Below, piece by piece: positions 53,779 through 64,000 of a stretch of 64,000 nucleotides of DNA; the stretch's first letter is position 1; each line of letters starts with the position of its first letter. The notes under the pieces were generated by a model. It was not told the DNA's origin. It made no database searches and worked only from the letters and a program-made list of their open reading frames with translations. A program made the translations under genes and the position numbers. This DNA is from Gammaproteobacteria bacterium (lineage in GTDB: Bacteria > Pseudomonadota > Gammaproteobacteria > Eutrophobiales > Eutrophobiaceae), in the NCBI GenBank assembly GCA_965221695.1, contig OZ244905.1, positions 1 to 64,000 of the forward strand, read 5' to 3'.

Positions 53779-55512
53779 ATGGCTGATGTCGACTCCATAA
53801 CCGTACAGGTTATACATAACTATTTGTTGTCGGCAGCGCGGGAAATGAACCGGAATCTCATGCGCACTGCCTACAGTACCCTGATATACGAAGTACATGA
53901 TTTTGGTCTCGGGCTTTATGACAGGGAATGCCGGTTGCTGGCCGAGGCGCCGGGGCTGGCTGTTTTTACCCGCAGCAATGACTATGGCCTGAATAAAATG
54001 GTCGAATTTCTAGGTCATGACGATATTCACCCCGGTGATGTGATCCTGCTCAATTACCCGTACTGGAGTTCAACCCACACCCTGGATGTGATGGCGGCAT
54101 CTCCTGTGTTTTACCGGGACGAGCTCGTGGGCTTTACTGCCGTGAAGGAGCATTGGCTGGACCTTGGGCAAAAAGATCCCGGTTACTGCCTTGATACCCT
54201 GGAACTTGCCCAGGAAGGGCTGGTCTTCCCCTGTTCCAAGATATATTCGAAGGGGGTGCTGAACAGGGAACTGGAGCAATTGATACGTTTTAACAGCCGC
54301 ATCCCGGACCGGGTCATCGGCGACATGAATGCGCAGGTTTCCGCCTGCCGGACCGGGGAACGGCGGGTCCGGGAACTGGTGGAAAAGTTTGGTGTAGATG
54401 TCTATACCGAAGCGGTCAGCGAGATTCTGGACCATGGCGAACGCCTGGCGCGCAAGCGGTTGGCGGCGTTGCCGGACGGCGTCTGGACTGCGGAGGATTA
54501 TGTTGATGATGACGGAGTAGAGCGGGACAAAAAAATGCGCTTGCAGGCCACGGTAACCATTGCCGGTGATGAAATGACGATAGACTGGACCGGGTCGGAT
54601 GATAAATGCAAAGGCCCGATGAACGTGCCGATAGGAACGACCGAAGGCGTATGCGCGCTGGTCTTCAAGTCGATTACCACCCCGGATACTCCCGCAAATG
54701 AAGGCAACTTTCGACCATTGCGGGTAATCGCCCCGGAAGGCTGCATTATGAACGCACAACCGCCGTCACCGACGTTCACCCTGTGGACGGCCCTGATCGC
54801 GCCCGAAGTGGTGACCAAGGCCTTGGCCAAGGGCATGCCCGACCGTATCCCGGCATGCAGTGGCGGTGATATCTTTTCCCTGATGGGAGTAGGCGCCCAT
54901 CCTGAGACCGGCAAGCTCTGGATTGAAAGCACCAATGAAGGCATCGGGTTTGGCGGGCATGCCGCCGATGATGGTGAGAGCGGCATTATGCACATGACCG
55001 AACCCGGTTGCCGCAACAACCCGGTTGAGGTGCTGGAAACCAAGGCCCCCTGGCTCATAGAAAACTACGGCTTGCGGGCCGATTCGGGAGGAGCCGGAAA
55101 ACATCGCGGGGGGCTTGGAATTACCCGCACCTACCGTTTTCTGTCAGATGCGTCTGCATTGACCCTGGTAAAAAAAACCAAGACCTCGCCGTGGGGCATG
55201 GCTGACGGCGAGGATGGGCAGGCGGGGGCTGTGATCGTGCGGCCCGGCACGGATCGGGAACAGGTGACCGGCGCCATATACGAGCAGGTGTCGGCGGGTG
55301 ACGTGATTATCAACCGGTCCGGCGGCGGTGGCGGTTGGGGTAATCCGCTGGAGCGGGATCCGTCACGGGTGCTTGACGATGTCAGGAATGAATTTGTGTC
55401 GGTTATTGCCGCCCGGGAGAAATATGGCGTCATTATCGATCCCAAGACCATGACTGTTGATGACATGGCGACAGATGCGTTGCGCGCCTCCATGTCATCG
55501 GCGCCGAATTAA
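53779..55512 (+). CDS. Hydantoinase/oxoprolinase subunit B, copy 1
   Basis: RTAYS..IYE..DF, NYPY..THTLD, HWLDLG, EG, DSGGAGKHRGG, GGGGWGNPLER. Confidence 0.92.
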   Translation: MADVDSITVQVIHNYLLSAAREMNRNLMRTAYSTLIYEVHDFGLGLYDRECRLLAEAPGLAVFTRSNDYGLNKMVEFLGHDDIHPGDVILLNYPYWSSTHTLDVMAASPVFYRDELVGFTAVKEHWLDLGQKDPGYCLDTLELAQEGLVFPCSKIYSKGVLNRELEQLIRFNSRIPDRVIGDMNAQVSACRTGERRVRELVEKFGVDVYTEAVSEILDHGERLARKRLAALPDGVWTAEDYVDDDGVERDKKMRLQATVTIAGDEMTIDWTGSDDKCKGPMNVPIGTTEGVCALVFKSITTPDTPANEGNFRPLRVIAPEGCIMNAQPPSPTFTLWTALIAPEVVTKALAKGMPDRIPACSGGDIFSLMGVGAHPETGKLWIESTNEGIGFGGHAADDGESGIMHMTEPGCRNNPVEVLETKAPWLIENYGLRADSGGAGKHRGGLGITRTYRFLSDASALTLVKKTKTSPWGMADGEDGQAGAVIVRPGTDREQVTGAIYEQVSAGDVIINRSGGGGGWGNPLERDPSRVLDDVRNEFVSVIAAREKYGVIIDPKTMTVDDMATDALRASMSSAPN

Positions 55513-55519
55513 AGCTATA

Positions 55520-55591
55520 GAGAGCAAAACAACAATCGCATTTTTGTTTTGTGTGCCCTGAAAAGTCCAGGATTGACTTGTCAGAGCTTCC
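55520..55591. mobile_element. Half copy of the 151 bp MITE
   Basis: GAGAGCAAAACAACAATCGCATTTTTGTTTTG...AAGTCCAGGATTGACTTGTCAGAGCTTCC-TTAA. Confidence 0.7.
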
Positions 55592-55608
55592 TTAAGAGGA
55601 GAAGGTTA

Positions 55609-57648
55609 TTGAGCAGCCGTATCGGTGTCGATATAGGTGGTACTTTTACCGACCTCATTTTTTTCAATGAGGATGACGGTTCCGTGCTGGTGGACAAGAC
55701 GCCGACCACGCCGGCAGCGCCTGAAGTCGGCTGTGTCGATGCCGTAAATTCTGCTGTCGCGCCGGATTTACTGCGATCATCTTCGTATTTTCTTCACGGT
55801 ACAACAGTGGGATTGAATGCCCTGCTGGAGCGTAAAGGTTCTGTCGTCGGTCTGTTGACTACCATGGGATTTCGTGATGTGCTGGAAATCCGCAAGGGTT
55901 CAAGAGAAGAATGGTACAACGTATTCTGGATTCCCGATGAACCCCTTGTGCCCCGCCGGCGCAGGCTTGAGGTCAGGGAACGAGTGCTGGCCTCCGGCGA
56001 TGTGCTGGAACCACTGCTTGCAGACGATGTCGCCGATGCGGTGAAAGTATTCCGGCAACAGGGTGTGACCGCGATAGCAGTGGCCTACCTGAATGCATAC
56101 AGGAATCCGTGCCATGAAGTTGAAACCGAAAAGTTAATCCGTGCTGCCGGTTTTGACGGGGCCGTTTCCCTGTCCCATCGCGTATCCGGCGAATACCGCG
56201 ACTATGAACGTTCCTCAACTACCGTGATTGACGCGTACGTGCGCGGGCGCCTGGCAAATTATATGGACCACATCGAATCCAGGCTGCGCGCGGACGGATT
56301 TACGGGCACATGCCTGATTACCCGTTCCGGAAGCGGTTCCATGACGTTTACCGAAGCGGCGGAGCGGCCATTTGAAACCATCATGTCAGGACCTGTTGCC
56401 GGGGTTGAAGGCGCGGCGCAACTGGCGCGAACCCTGGAGCTGGGGGATATCATCTCTGCCGACGTTGGCGGCACCAGTTTTGATACGGCATTGATTCGGG
56501 ATGGTCGTCCGCAATTGCTGTACGAAGGATCCGTGTTGGGCATGCCGTTACAGACACCATGGGTGGATGTGCGCTCCATTGGCGCAGGCGGCGGTTCCAT
56601 CGCTTACGTTGATGTGGGAGGCCTGCTACAGGTCGGCCCGCAAAGCGCCGGCGCTGATCCCGGTCCTGCGTGTTACGGGCGCGGCGGCGCACGCGCCACG
56701 GTGACGGATGCCGCGTTTTACCTGGGCATGCTGGCGTCAGGGAATCTCGCTTCCGGTATCAGGCTGGATCGCAGCAAGTCGGAAGTGGCGCTTAAACCGC
56801 TGGCTGACGAGCTTGGCTATGACCTGACTCAAACGGCGGAAGGTATTATTACCATTGCAGTCGCCGCCATGGCCAATGCCATCCGTGAGATTACCGTAGA
56901 ACAGGGTTTCGACCCCAGGGAAATGAAACTGCTGCCGTTTGGCGGCGCCGGTCCTATGCTGGCAACCGAACTGGCGCGGGAACTGGCTATGCGCGAGATC
57001 ATTATTCCACCTTGTGCCGGTAATTTTTCCGCAATGGGATTGCTGACGTCAGACCTGTTACAAAGCGCGGCGCTGACCCGGCCCATGCCGCTCAATGACG
57101 AGTCGTTAAACCTGGCAAACGAAATGCTCGAAGGCCTTTTCAGGGATTTGAAATCCAGGGGTTCGAGCGGGATAAACGAAACGGAGACTCAATTGGAGGT
57201 TGCGCTGGACCTGCGTTATACCGGACAGGAGCATTCAATTAATGTTAAACCTGCGGCGGCTGACGGTACGATTACGGCTGCGGCTGAAGATGTGCAAAGC
57301 CGGTTTGAGACCGCCTACCATGAAGCATACGGCGGGATTCTTGATACCCTGATTGAAATTGTTTCTGTGCGCGCCGCGGTGCGGCAGCCTTTGTCCGGCA
57401 CAATGAAATTTGCCGGGTCCGGTAGTATTGCAACAAGCGCTTCCGCCGATCAGGTTCGGGCCTATAGCTTCATGCGCCGGGAATACTCGGAGTTTGCCGT
57501 GATTGAACGGAGCCGGCTCTCTGTTGATGAACAGCGCAAGGGTCCTGCGATTATCATCGAACCTACCACTACCACCTACATTGATGCAGGTTGCCGGTAT
57601 GGCGTTGATGCCGGCGGTTGTTTACACATTCACCTTGAGGAAACCTGA
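55609..57648 (+). CDS. Hydantoinase/oxoprolinase subunit A, copy 2
   Basis: TTG start after GAGGAG, RIGVDIGGTFTD, HGTT, SGPVAG, DVGGTS. Confidence 0.92.
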   Translation: MSSRIGVDIGGTFTDLIFFNEDDGSVLVDKTPTTPAAPEVGCVDAVNSAVAPDLLRSSSYFLHGTTVGLNALLERKGSVVGLLTTMGFRDVLEIRKGSREEWYNVFWIPDEPLVPRRRRLEVRERVLASGDVLEPLLADDVADAVKVFRQQGVTAIAVAYLNAYRNPCHEVETEKLIRAAGFDGAVSLSHRVSGEYRDYERSSTTVIDAYVRGRLANYMDHIESRLRADGFTGTCLITRSGSGSMTFTEAAERPFETIMSGPVAGVEGAAQLARTLELGDIISADVGGTSFDTALIRDGRPQLLYEGSVLGMPLQTPWVDVRSIGAGGGSIAYVDVGGLLQVGPQSAGADPGPACYGRGGARATVTDAAFYLGMLASGNLASGIRLDRSKSEVALKPLADELGYDLTQTAEGIITIAVAAMANAIREITVEQGFDPREMKLLPFGGAGPMLATELARELAMREIIIPPCAGNFSAMGLLTSDLLQSAALTRPMPLNDESLNLANEMLEGLFRDLKSRGSSGINETETQLEVALDLRYTGQEHSINVKPAAADGTITAAAEDVQSRFETAYHEAYGGILDTLIEIVSVRAAVRQPLSGTMKFAGSGSIATSASADQVRAYSFMRREYSEFAVIERSRLSVDEQRKGPAIIIEPTTTTYIDAGCRYGVDAGGCLHIHLEET

Positions 57649-59375
57649 TGATGGACATGGAAACCAAAACTTATACCTATGTTGCCGGCAAGAATACTGA
57701 TGTGGACAGTTCCGCCGCAGACCCCGTCACTACCCAACTGGTGCGGAACTCACTTAACTCCATTGCCAACCAGATGCGCAATACGCTGACCCGCGCCTCG
57801 TTTTCTCCCATCGTCTATGAGGCAAACGATTTTTGCGTGGCGCTGTATGATCACAATATCTGTCTGTTGTCCCAGGCGCCGACATTGCCGGTGTTCCTGG
57901 GCACAATGAATTTCTGTATTGAGGCCGCTGTTGAAGGTGTGGGCGGTATCGAAGCGCTGGAACCCGGCGATATCCTGCTCTATAACATGCCTTACGGCAC
58001 CGGTTCCCATGCCCAGGATGCCGCAGTCGTGATGCCGATATTTATGCAGGATGGTGAACTGGCGGGTTATGCCTGCAACAAGGCGCATTGGTATGACATC
58101 GGCGCCAAGAACCCGTATTGCACTGATACTGAAGACCTGTTCCAGGAAGGCGTAATCTTCCCCGGTGTGAAAATATACAAACGGGGCGAGAAAAACGACG
58201 ATATATTCCGCATGGTAGAAGCCAACACGCGCACGCCGGATTATGTACTGGGTGACATCCATGCCCAGTGCGCATCGGCGCGTGCCGGGGCTGAGGCGCT
58301 GGTCAAATTGATAGGCCGTTTCGGGCGCGATACATTCCGCTTATGCGTACAGCGCATGTTCGACCATGGTGAGGCGCTGGTGCGGGATTTTTTCGCGAAA
58401 TTGCCTGACGGCCGTTATACCGCGACCAGTACCATGGATAATGACGGTCTTACCGATGATGCTATCGATTTTGAAATCACGGTGGAAATCGAGGGCAGTA
58501 CTATCCGGATCGATTATTCAAAAGTACCTGATGCCGTTGCCGGACCCATGAACTGCCCGTTCCCGTCAACAGTGTCCGGTAGCCGCGTGGCCATCGGCAT
58601 GATGCTGGGGGAAGGGGGGTCTCCGGCGGAAGGGCATTTTCGCCCGCTGGAGGTGGTCACCCGCACCGGGTCCATGTTCCACCCGGTTGCTCCGCAGCCC
58701 TGTTACTTATATGGCTGGCCGCTAATGCATGCGATGGAAGCGATTTATCAAGCCTTTTCAAAAGCTGCGGCAGACCTGGTGCCTTCAGGCAGCGCCGGCG
58801 ATATCTGTGCCGTACAGGCCTACGGCTACCACTCCGAGACCGGCGAGTTTTTCTTTAACGGCTATGCGCTGCCGGTGGGACACGGCGCTTGCGCTCACGC
58901 TGACGGCGCAACATTGTATGTGCCGGCCCTGGCAAAATCCACGTTACCTTCGGCGGAAATTCAGGAAGCCAAGTTTCCGTTAATATTCAGAAAATGGAAG
59001 CTGGCGCCGGATTCTTGCGGGCCGGGAAAATACCGGGGTGGGCTGGGCGTAGACTACGAATGGCAGTTGGCGCATGATGCCCGCTTGATTTCCACCATTG
59101 AGAACACCAAGACGCCCGCTTGGGCACAACAGGGCGGGCGTTCCGGAACCTGCAACAGTTTAACCATTGAATACCCTGACGGTCGCGTCGAAAAACGCAA
59201 CAAGGTTACCGGTTTGCCCGTGCCGGAAGGGACGATCATCAAAATCCATTGCGGCGGAGGCGGCGGCTATGGCTCGCCGGCAGATCGGGACCCTGAAGCC
59301 GTGCGGCGGGACCTGGAAGAAGGCTATATCAGCGAACGGTATGCCAAACAGAATTATCCTCAGGCATTTGCCTGA
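57648..59375 (+). CDS. Hydantoinase/oxoprolinase subunit B, copy 2
   Basis: DPVT, RASFSPIVYE..DF, NMPYGTGSHAQD, HWYDIG, DSCGPGKYRGG, GGGGYGSPADR. Confidence 0.92.
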   Translation: MMDMETKTYTYVAGKNTDVDSSAADPVTTQLVRNSLNSIANQMRNTLTRASFSPIVYEANDFCVALYDHNICLLSQAPTLPVFLGTMNFCIEAAVEGVGGIEALEPGDILLYNMPYGTGSHAQDAAVVMPIFMQDGELAGYACNKAHWYDIGAKNPYCTDTEDLFQEGVIFPGVKIYKRGEKNDDIFRMVEANTRTPDYVLGDIHAQCASARAGAEALVKLIGRFGRDTFRLCVQRMFDHGEALVRDFFAKLPDGRYTATSTMDNDGLTDDAIDFEITVEIEGSTIRIDYSKVPDAVAGPMNCPFPSTVSGSRVAIGMMLGEGGSPAEGHFRPLEVVTRTGSMFHPVAPQPCYLYGWPLMHAMEAIYQAFSKAAADLVPSGSAGDICAVQAYGYHSETGEFFFNGYALPVGHGACAHADGATLYVPALAKSTLPSAEIQEAKFPLIFRKWKLAPDSCGPGKYRGGLGVDYEWQLAHDARLISTIENTKTPAWAQQGGRSGTCNSLTIEYPDGRVEKRNKVTGLPVPEGTIIKIHCGGGGGYGSPADRDPEAVRRDLEEGYISERYAKQNYPQAFA

Positions 59376-59438
59376 TAAGGAGAAAATTATTACAATCATC
59401 CGAAATTTATACAAAATGAATTGCTAAAGGGGGAGAGC

Positions 59439-61580
59439 ATGAAATTCCATAATTCCTGTCTGACGGCTTTTGTGATCAGTTCCATAATCAACCTGCCTGT
59501 GTTTGCACAGGGCACCGGGTTACTTGAAGAAATCGTGGTAACCGCCACCAAGCGGGAAACCAACCTGCAGGATACCGCCATGTCAGTTTCCGCATTCACC
59601 GGAGAACAACTGGAGCAGGCCGGGGCCATGGACCTCAGGGAAATGCAGTTATTTACGCCGGGGCTGTGGGTAGGCGGGAATGCCGGTTTCGGTACTAATC
59701 CCGTGGTAATCCGCGGTATGGGTTCGCTGATTACCGGTATCGGCGCCGATGAGGCGGTTGGCGTGTATGTGGACGGTATCTACCAGGGGCGTACCGCCGG
59801 CACAGTGTTCGAATTTGTCGATATTGATCGGGTGGAAGTACTGCGCGGCCCCCAGGGCACGTTATATGGCCGTAATGCTACTGGCGGCGCCATTAATGTT
59901 ATCACCAAGACGCCCGGTGATGAATTTGAAGGCCGTTTGGAAGGCGAGGTTACGTCCTTCGACGGTTGGGGGGCACGCGGCTATTTTCTGGCGCCTGTCT
60001 CCGATAATGTTGGGATAAAACTTTCCGGCGGCAAATACGACCGTGACGGCTGGATGCATAATCCGACAACCGGCGTTGACGGCAATTCCGTGGACAAGGA
60101 GTATTTTTCAGCAGGCCTGCATTGGACGCCCTCAGACAGAACCACGGTGGATGTGCGCGGTTATTCGGGCGTATCCAAGCTTCCTACCTCCTATAAAGAC
60201 ATTAACGACGGCATTGATAGCATAACTGTTTATACGGCTGATCACACCAATGCATCCCGACGCGAGTTTACTTCCGTCAGCGGAACTATCACCCATGAAT
60301 TTGACTGGTTTACCGCAAAGGCGATAGTTGGTTATCTCGAAACGGAGGTGGCGGATTTGGTCGATTCCGACGGCCAGGCGACCAATAACGTGCAATACCG
60401 CGGATACAATGAATCCGACCAGGTCAGCGTGGAGTTGCAGTTCGCATCCACGGGGGACGGCCCGTTCACCTGGCTGGTGGGCGCATTTTACTTCGACGAG
60501 TTTGCTGATGACCACACACCGTTCAACTTCTTCCGGGACCCCATGTCCATTTTCGGCGTGCCTCCGGGGGGCGCTTTGGGGCCATTCGGATTGCTGTTTG
60601 CGGCCGAAGTGGAAACCGAGGCCTGGGCCGGCTTTGGCGAGGTGACTTTCCAGCCAATTGAAAGAATAAAATTAACAGCCGGCGTGCGTTACAGCTCCGA
60701 GTCCAAGGATTGGCTGGGTTGCATCGGCAACTTTACCGAGTATGAAGTCGATTACCAGCCCGGAATTTGCGATAACAGCTTCGTGCCGGATGATGATTCG
60801 TGGAATGCGTGGACGCCCCATTTCGTTATCGATTTTCAGTTGAGCGACGATATGCTGTTCTACGCCAGCGCCACCCGGGGATTCCGCAGCGGCGGCTGGA
60901 ACTGGACTGCGCCCACGTTTCCCAACACCGATAACGGCTTCAACCCGGAATATGTCTGGACTTTCGAGGGCGGCATGAAGGCCGATTTGCTCGATCGGCG
61001 CGCGCGTTTCAATATCGCCGGCTTTTATTCTGATTACACCAATGTGCAGGTGCGCACCACGGATGCCAACGCGCTGATTACCATCGTCAATGCGGCCACC
61101 GCCGATATTTATGGCGTGGAAATGGAATTGAGCGCAACGCCGGTCGATAATTTCAATATCGCCGGTACCGCAGCCTGGCTGGACGCCACCTATAATACGT
61201 TTGTCGGCGCAGGTGGCGTTGACTTATCCGGCAACAGGCTGAACCGCGCGCCGGAGTGGCAGTTATCACTGATGGCGCAATATACCTTCCCGATCGCGGA
61301 CTTCGGCACACTCACTCCCCGCATCGAGTGGCAGTATGTCGATGACATGTTCCACGATGAGAACAACACCCAGCCGCAGGGATCGGAGAGTTTTGATATC
61401 GTCAACGTAAAACTGCGTTTTGAGGCAAATAATGAACGCTGGGGCGCAGAGTTGTACGCAAAAAATGCGGACGATACCCAGTACCGGACACACTCATTCC
61501 AGGGGATTCTGCCTACTATTCTGCCCAGCCAGTACAGCGATCCGCGCATATTCGGGGGCAAGGTGTTTTTCAATTTTTAA
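59439..61580 (+). CDS. TonB-dependent receptor
   Basis: Signal peptide, LEEIVVTATKR, DIDRVEVLRGPQGTLYGRNATGGAIN, C-terminal Phe. Confidence 0.95.
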   Translation: MKFHNSCLTAFVISSIINLPVFAQGTGLLEEIVVTATKRETNLQDTAMSVSAFTGEQLEQAGAMDLREMQLFTPGLWVGGNAGFGTNPVVIRGMGSLITGIGADEAVGVYVDGIYQGRTAGTVFEFVDIDRVEVLRGPQGTLYGRNATGGAINVITKTPGDEFEGRLEGEVTSFDGWGARGYFLAPVSDNVGIKLSGGKYDRDGWMHNPTTGVDGNSVDKEYFSAGLHWTPSDRTTVDVRGYSGVSKLPTSYKDINDGIDSITVYTADHTNASRREFTSVSGTITHEFDWFTAKAIVGYLETEVADLVDSDGQATNNVQYRGYNESDQVSVELQFASTGDGPFTWLVGAFYFDEFADDHTPFNFFRDPMSIFGVPPGGALGPFGLLFAAEVETEAWAGFGEVTFQPIERIKLTAGVRYSSESKDWLGCIGNFTEYEVDYQPGICDNSFVPDDDSWNAWTPHFVIDFQLSDDMLFYASATRGFRSGGWNWTAPTFPNTDNGFNPEYVWTFEGGMKADLLDRRARFNIAGFYSDYTNVQVRTTDANALITIVNAATADIYGVEMELSATPVDNFNIAGTAAWLDATYNTFVGAGGVDLSGNRLNRAPEWQLSLMAQYTFPIADFGTLTPRIEWQYVDDMFHDENNTQPQGSESFDIVNVKLRFEANNERWGAELYAKNADDTQYRTHSFQGILPTILPSQYSDPRIFGGKVFFNF

Positions 61581-61641
61581 TCGGGTCGGACGCACATCGG
61601 CGCTCACAAGTGTAATATCAACGCACGCGCGGAAACGGGTC

Positions 61642-63672
61642 ATGGCTACCAGAATCGGCGTTGACATAGGCGGCACGTTTACCGACCTGCTGTTCTATGA
61701 CGATCAGACTTCAGATACGCTGGTGGCCAAGGTGCCAACCACGCCTGCATCACCTGAGCAGGGTTGTGTCCGGGCGGTAACTGATTCCATTGGCGCTGAC
61801 CAGTTGCGGCAGACGCAGTACTTCCTGCACGGGACTACTGTCGGTCTCAACGCGTTACTGGAACGCAAGGGCGCCAGGGTCGGCATGCTGGCTACCCGAG
61901 GGTTTCGCGATATTCTGGAAATCCGCCGCGGCGACCGCGATGAGATGTATAACCTGTTCTGGCAGTTGCCGGAGCCATTGGTTCCCAGGCGCTTGCGCCT
62001 GCCTGTGACCGGGCGGATACGGTCTGACGGCACGGTTCACATACCCTTTGAAATACAGGATGTCCTGGATGCGTTGGTGACTTTCACCAATGAGGGGGTG
62101 GACAGTATCGCGGTGGCATTTATGAATGCCTACGCCAACCCGACCCATGAACTGGCTGCGGAAGCAGCGCTCAGGGAGGCCGGTTTTTCAGGAGAAATCT
62201 CCCTGTCCCATAAGATATCCCGCGAATACCGGGAGTATGAGCGCACTTCCACAACCGTCATTGATGCCTTCGTGCGCGGGCGCATGTCGAATTATCTGCG
62301 GCGGCTGGAATCCGACCTGGGCGGCGCCGGGTTCAACGGCGCTTGCCTGATCACCCGGTCAGGCAGTGGTTCCATGACCTTCTCGGAAGCTGAAGACCGG
62401 CCGTTCGAGACGATTATGTCGGGGCCGGTTGCAGGCGCTGAGGGTGGCGGCGAACTGTCCAGGCAACTGGAGCTGGGAGACCTGATCACGGCAGATGTCG
62501 GCGGCACCAGTTTTGATACCTGTATGATCACCCAGGGTCGGCCAACCTTGTTGTTCGAGGGCAAGATAGTCGGCATGCCCTTGCAGACTCCTTGGGTGGA
62601 TGTGCGATCCATCGGAGCGGGAGGCGGGTCCATTGCCCATGTCGACGTGGGTGGCTTGCTTCGAGTCGGCCCAGAGAGCGGTGGCGCCGACCCGGGTCCC
62701 GCCTGCTACGGCAAAGGCGGTGAAAATGCCTGTATGACCGATGCAGCTTATTATCTTGGCATGCTGGGAGAAGGGAAACTGGCATCGGGACTGCAACTTG
62801 ACCTGTCACTGGCGGAGCAGGCATTGCAACCACTGGCGGATAAATTGGGTTACGATCTGGATGCAACCGCCATTGGAATTATGGATATCGCCTCGGCATC
62901 CATGGCCGATGCGATCCGTGAAATCACTGTGGAACAGGGTATTGATCCGAGAAAGCTCAAGCTGCTGGCTTTCGGGGGCGCCGGCCCTTTGATGAGTACC
63001 CTGCTGGCGCGCGACCTGGATATTACCGAGATAATCATCCCTCTCCATGCCGGCAATTTCTCTGCCTGGGGGCTGCTGGGGGCCGATCTGACACGGGCGA
63101 CTGCGCGCACACGCATCATGCGGCTTGATGAGGACAGCCTGGCAATTGCCAATGATATGCTGGAAGAGATGTATTCGGACCTGGCCGCCCGTGCAGGTGG
63201 CGCTAGCGCCGGAGTTGCATGGGCGCGGGAGATTGGCCTGGACATGCGTTACAAGGGACAGGAACATACGCTGAATATCAATGTGCCCGGCGAAGACGGC
63301 CGGGTGACAATCACAACAGAACAGGTTCGCGATATCTTTACCCGTAATTACGATAGGACCTTCGGTAATACCATGGATGAGCCGGTGGAGATAGTATCGA
63401 TCCGCGCCACGGTGAGACATGCCTTGCCAAGGAGGTCGGAAAGACTCTCGGCGCCGAACGGCGCGGACGGCATATATCAGGAGCGGAACGCATATTCTTT
63501 TACCGAAAAGAAACAAATGGACTTCCGGATTCTTGAGCGCTCATCCATACAGGTCGGCGATACCCTGGCTGGACCTGCTATAATTAATGAACCGACGGCG
63601 ACGACTTACCTTGATGCGAACTGGGACTGTAATGTCCATGCTTCAGGGTGTCTGTTCATCTCGCGCCGTTAA
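61642..63672 (+). CDS. Hydantoinase/oxoprolinase subunit A, copy 3
   Basis: MATRIGVDIGGTFTD, closely similar to copy 2 (shared CLITRSGSGSMTF, RPFETIMSGPVAG, GMPLQTPWVDVRSIG). Confidence 0.92.
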   Translation: MATRIGVDIGGTFTDLLFYDDQTSDTLVAKVPTTPASPEQGCVRAVTDSIGADQLRQTQYFLHGTTVGLNALLERKGARVGMLATRGFRDILEIRRGDRDEMYNLFWQLPEPLVPRRLRLPVTGRIRSDGTVHIPFEIQDVLDALVTFTNEGVDSIAVAFMNAYANPTHELAAEAALREAGFSGEISLSHKISREYREYERTSTTVIDAFVRGRMSNYLRRLESDLGGAGFNGACLITRSGSGSMTFSEAEDRPFETIMSGPVAGAEGGGELSRQLELGDLITADVGGTSFDTCMITQGRPTLLFEGKIVGMPLQTPWVDVRSIGAGGGSIAHVDVGGLLRVGPESGGADPGPACYGKGGENACMTDAAYYLGMLGEGKLASGLQLDLSLAEQALQPLADKLGYDLDATAIGIMDIASASMADAIREITVEQGIDPRKLKLLAFGGAGPLMSTLLARDLDITEIIIPLHAGNFSAWGLLGADLTRATARTRIMRLDEDSLAIANDMLEEMYSDLAARAGGASAGVAWAREIGLDMRYKGQEHTLNINVPGEDGRVTITTEQVRDIFTRNYDRTFGNTMDEPVEIVSIRATVRHALPRRSERLSAPNGADGIYQERNAYSFTEKKQMDFRILERSSIQVGDTLAGPAIINEPTATTYLDANWDCNVHASGCLFISRR

Positions 63673-63684
63673 CCGGAGACAATT

Positions 63685-64000
63685 ATGGATACACTTGCTG
63701 ATAGCGAAATCAGGATTTATCGGGCCTTGCCCGGTAACGATACCGGCATCGATGCCGATCCGATACAGACCGAAATCATCCGGCATTCACTCAATTCAGC
63801 CGCCAACCAGATGAAACGAACCCTTATTCGAACTTCGTTCTCACCGGTTATCTACGAGGTGTTGGATTTTGCCGCCGCCCTGTACGATTCACAGGTACGG
63901 TTGCTCGCCCAGGCGCCGTCCATCCCGCTGTTCATGGGGACACTGAATTTTTGCGTCGAAGCGGCGGTTGCGGGAGCCGGCGGTGTCGAGAACCTCGAAC
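63685..64000 (+). CDS. Hydantoinase/oxoprolinase subunit B, copy 3 (5' part; runs off the window)
   Basis: Translated by hand: MDTLADSEIRIYRALPGNDTGIDADPIQTEIIRHSLNSAANQMKRTLIRTSFSPVIYEVLDF. Confidence 0.88.
   Translation, partial: MDTLADSEIRIYRALPGNDTGIDADPIQTEIIRHSLNSAANQMKRTLIRTSFSPVIYEVLDFAAALYDSQVRLLAQAPSIPLFMGTLNFCVEAAVAGAGGVENLE

Overview
A 64 kb chromosomal window from a bacterium, most likely a gammaproteobacterium (mutS-fdxA adjacency, sigma32 promoter at htpG, 14-gene nuoA-N operon with separate nuoC and nuoD). The left half is mostly housekeeping (htpG, mutS, fdxA, nhaA, photolyase, nuoA-N, psd), interrupted by an AAA_14/DUF4143-type fusion gene, an MFS remnant, an outer-membrane protein and nbaC/nbaD. 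The right half (31.5-64 kb) is a catabolic region. It holds a Rieske oxygenase, an NTF2/SnoaL-CDGSH fusion, a Tat-exported VAO/PCMH flavoprotein, a lipoprotein cytochrome c, a UbiD/VdcD decarboxylase, a degenerate second flavoprotein and UbiX. These are followed by a molybdopterin oxidoreductase, a sulfatase, amidohydrolases, a LYS1/LYS9-like pair, a PIN/DUF433 TA pair and three hydantoinase/oxoprolinase A+B pairs around a TonB-dependent receptor. Intergenic spaces carry at least four families of structured repeats. The main ones are a 151 bp IS5-type MITE (4 full copies plus fragments) with CsrA-consensus GGA hairpins, and a three-copy ~75 bp GGA-hairpin unit with covarying stems. No rRNA, tRNA, CRISPR array or transposase was recognised. 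All family calls come from motif recognition by eye, not database searches.
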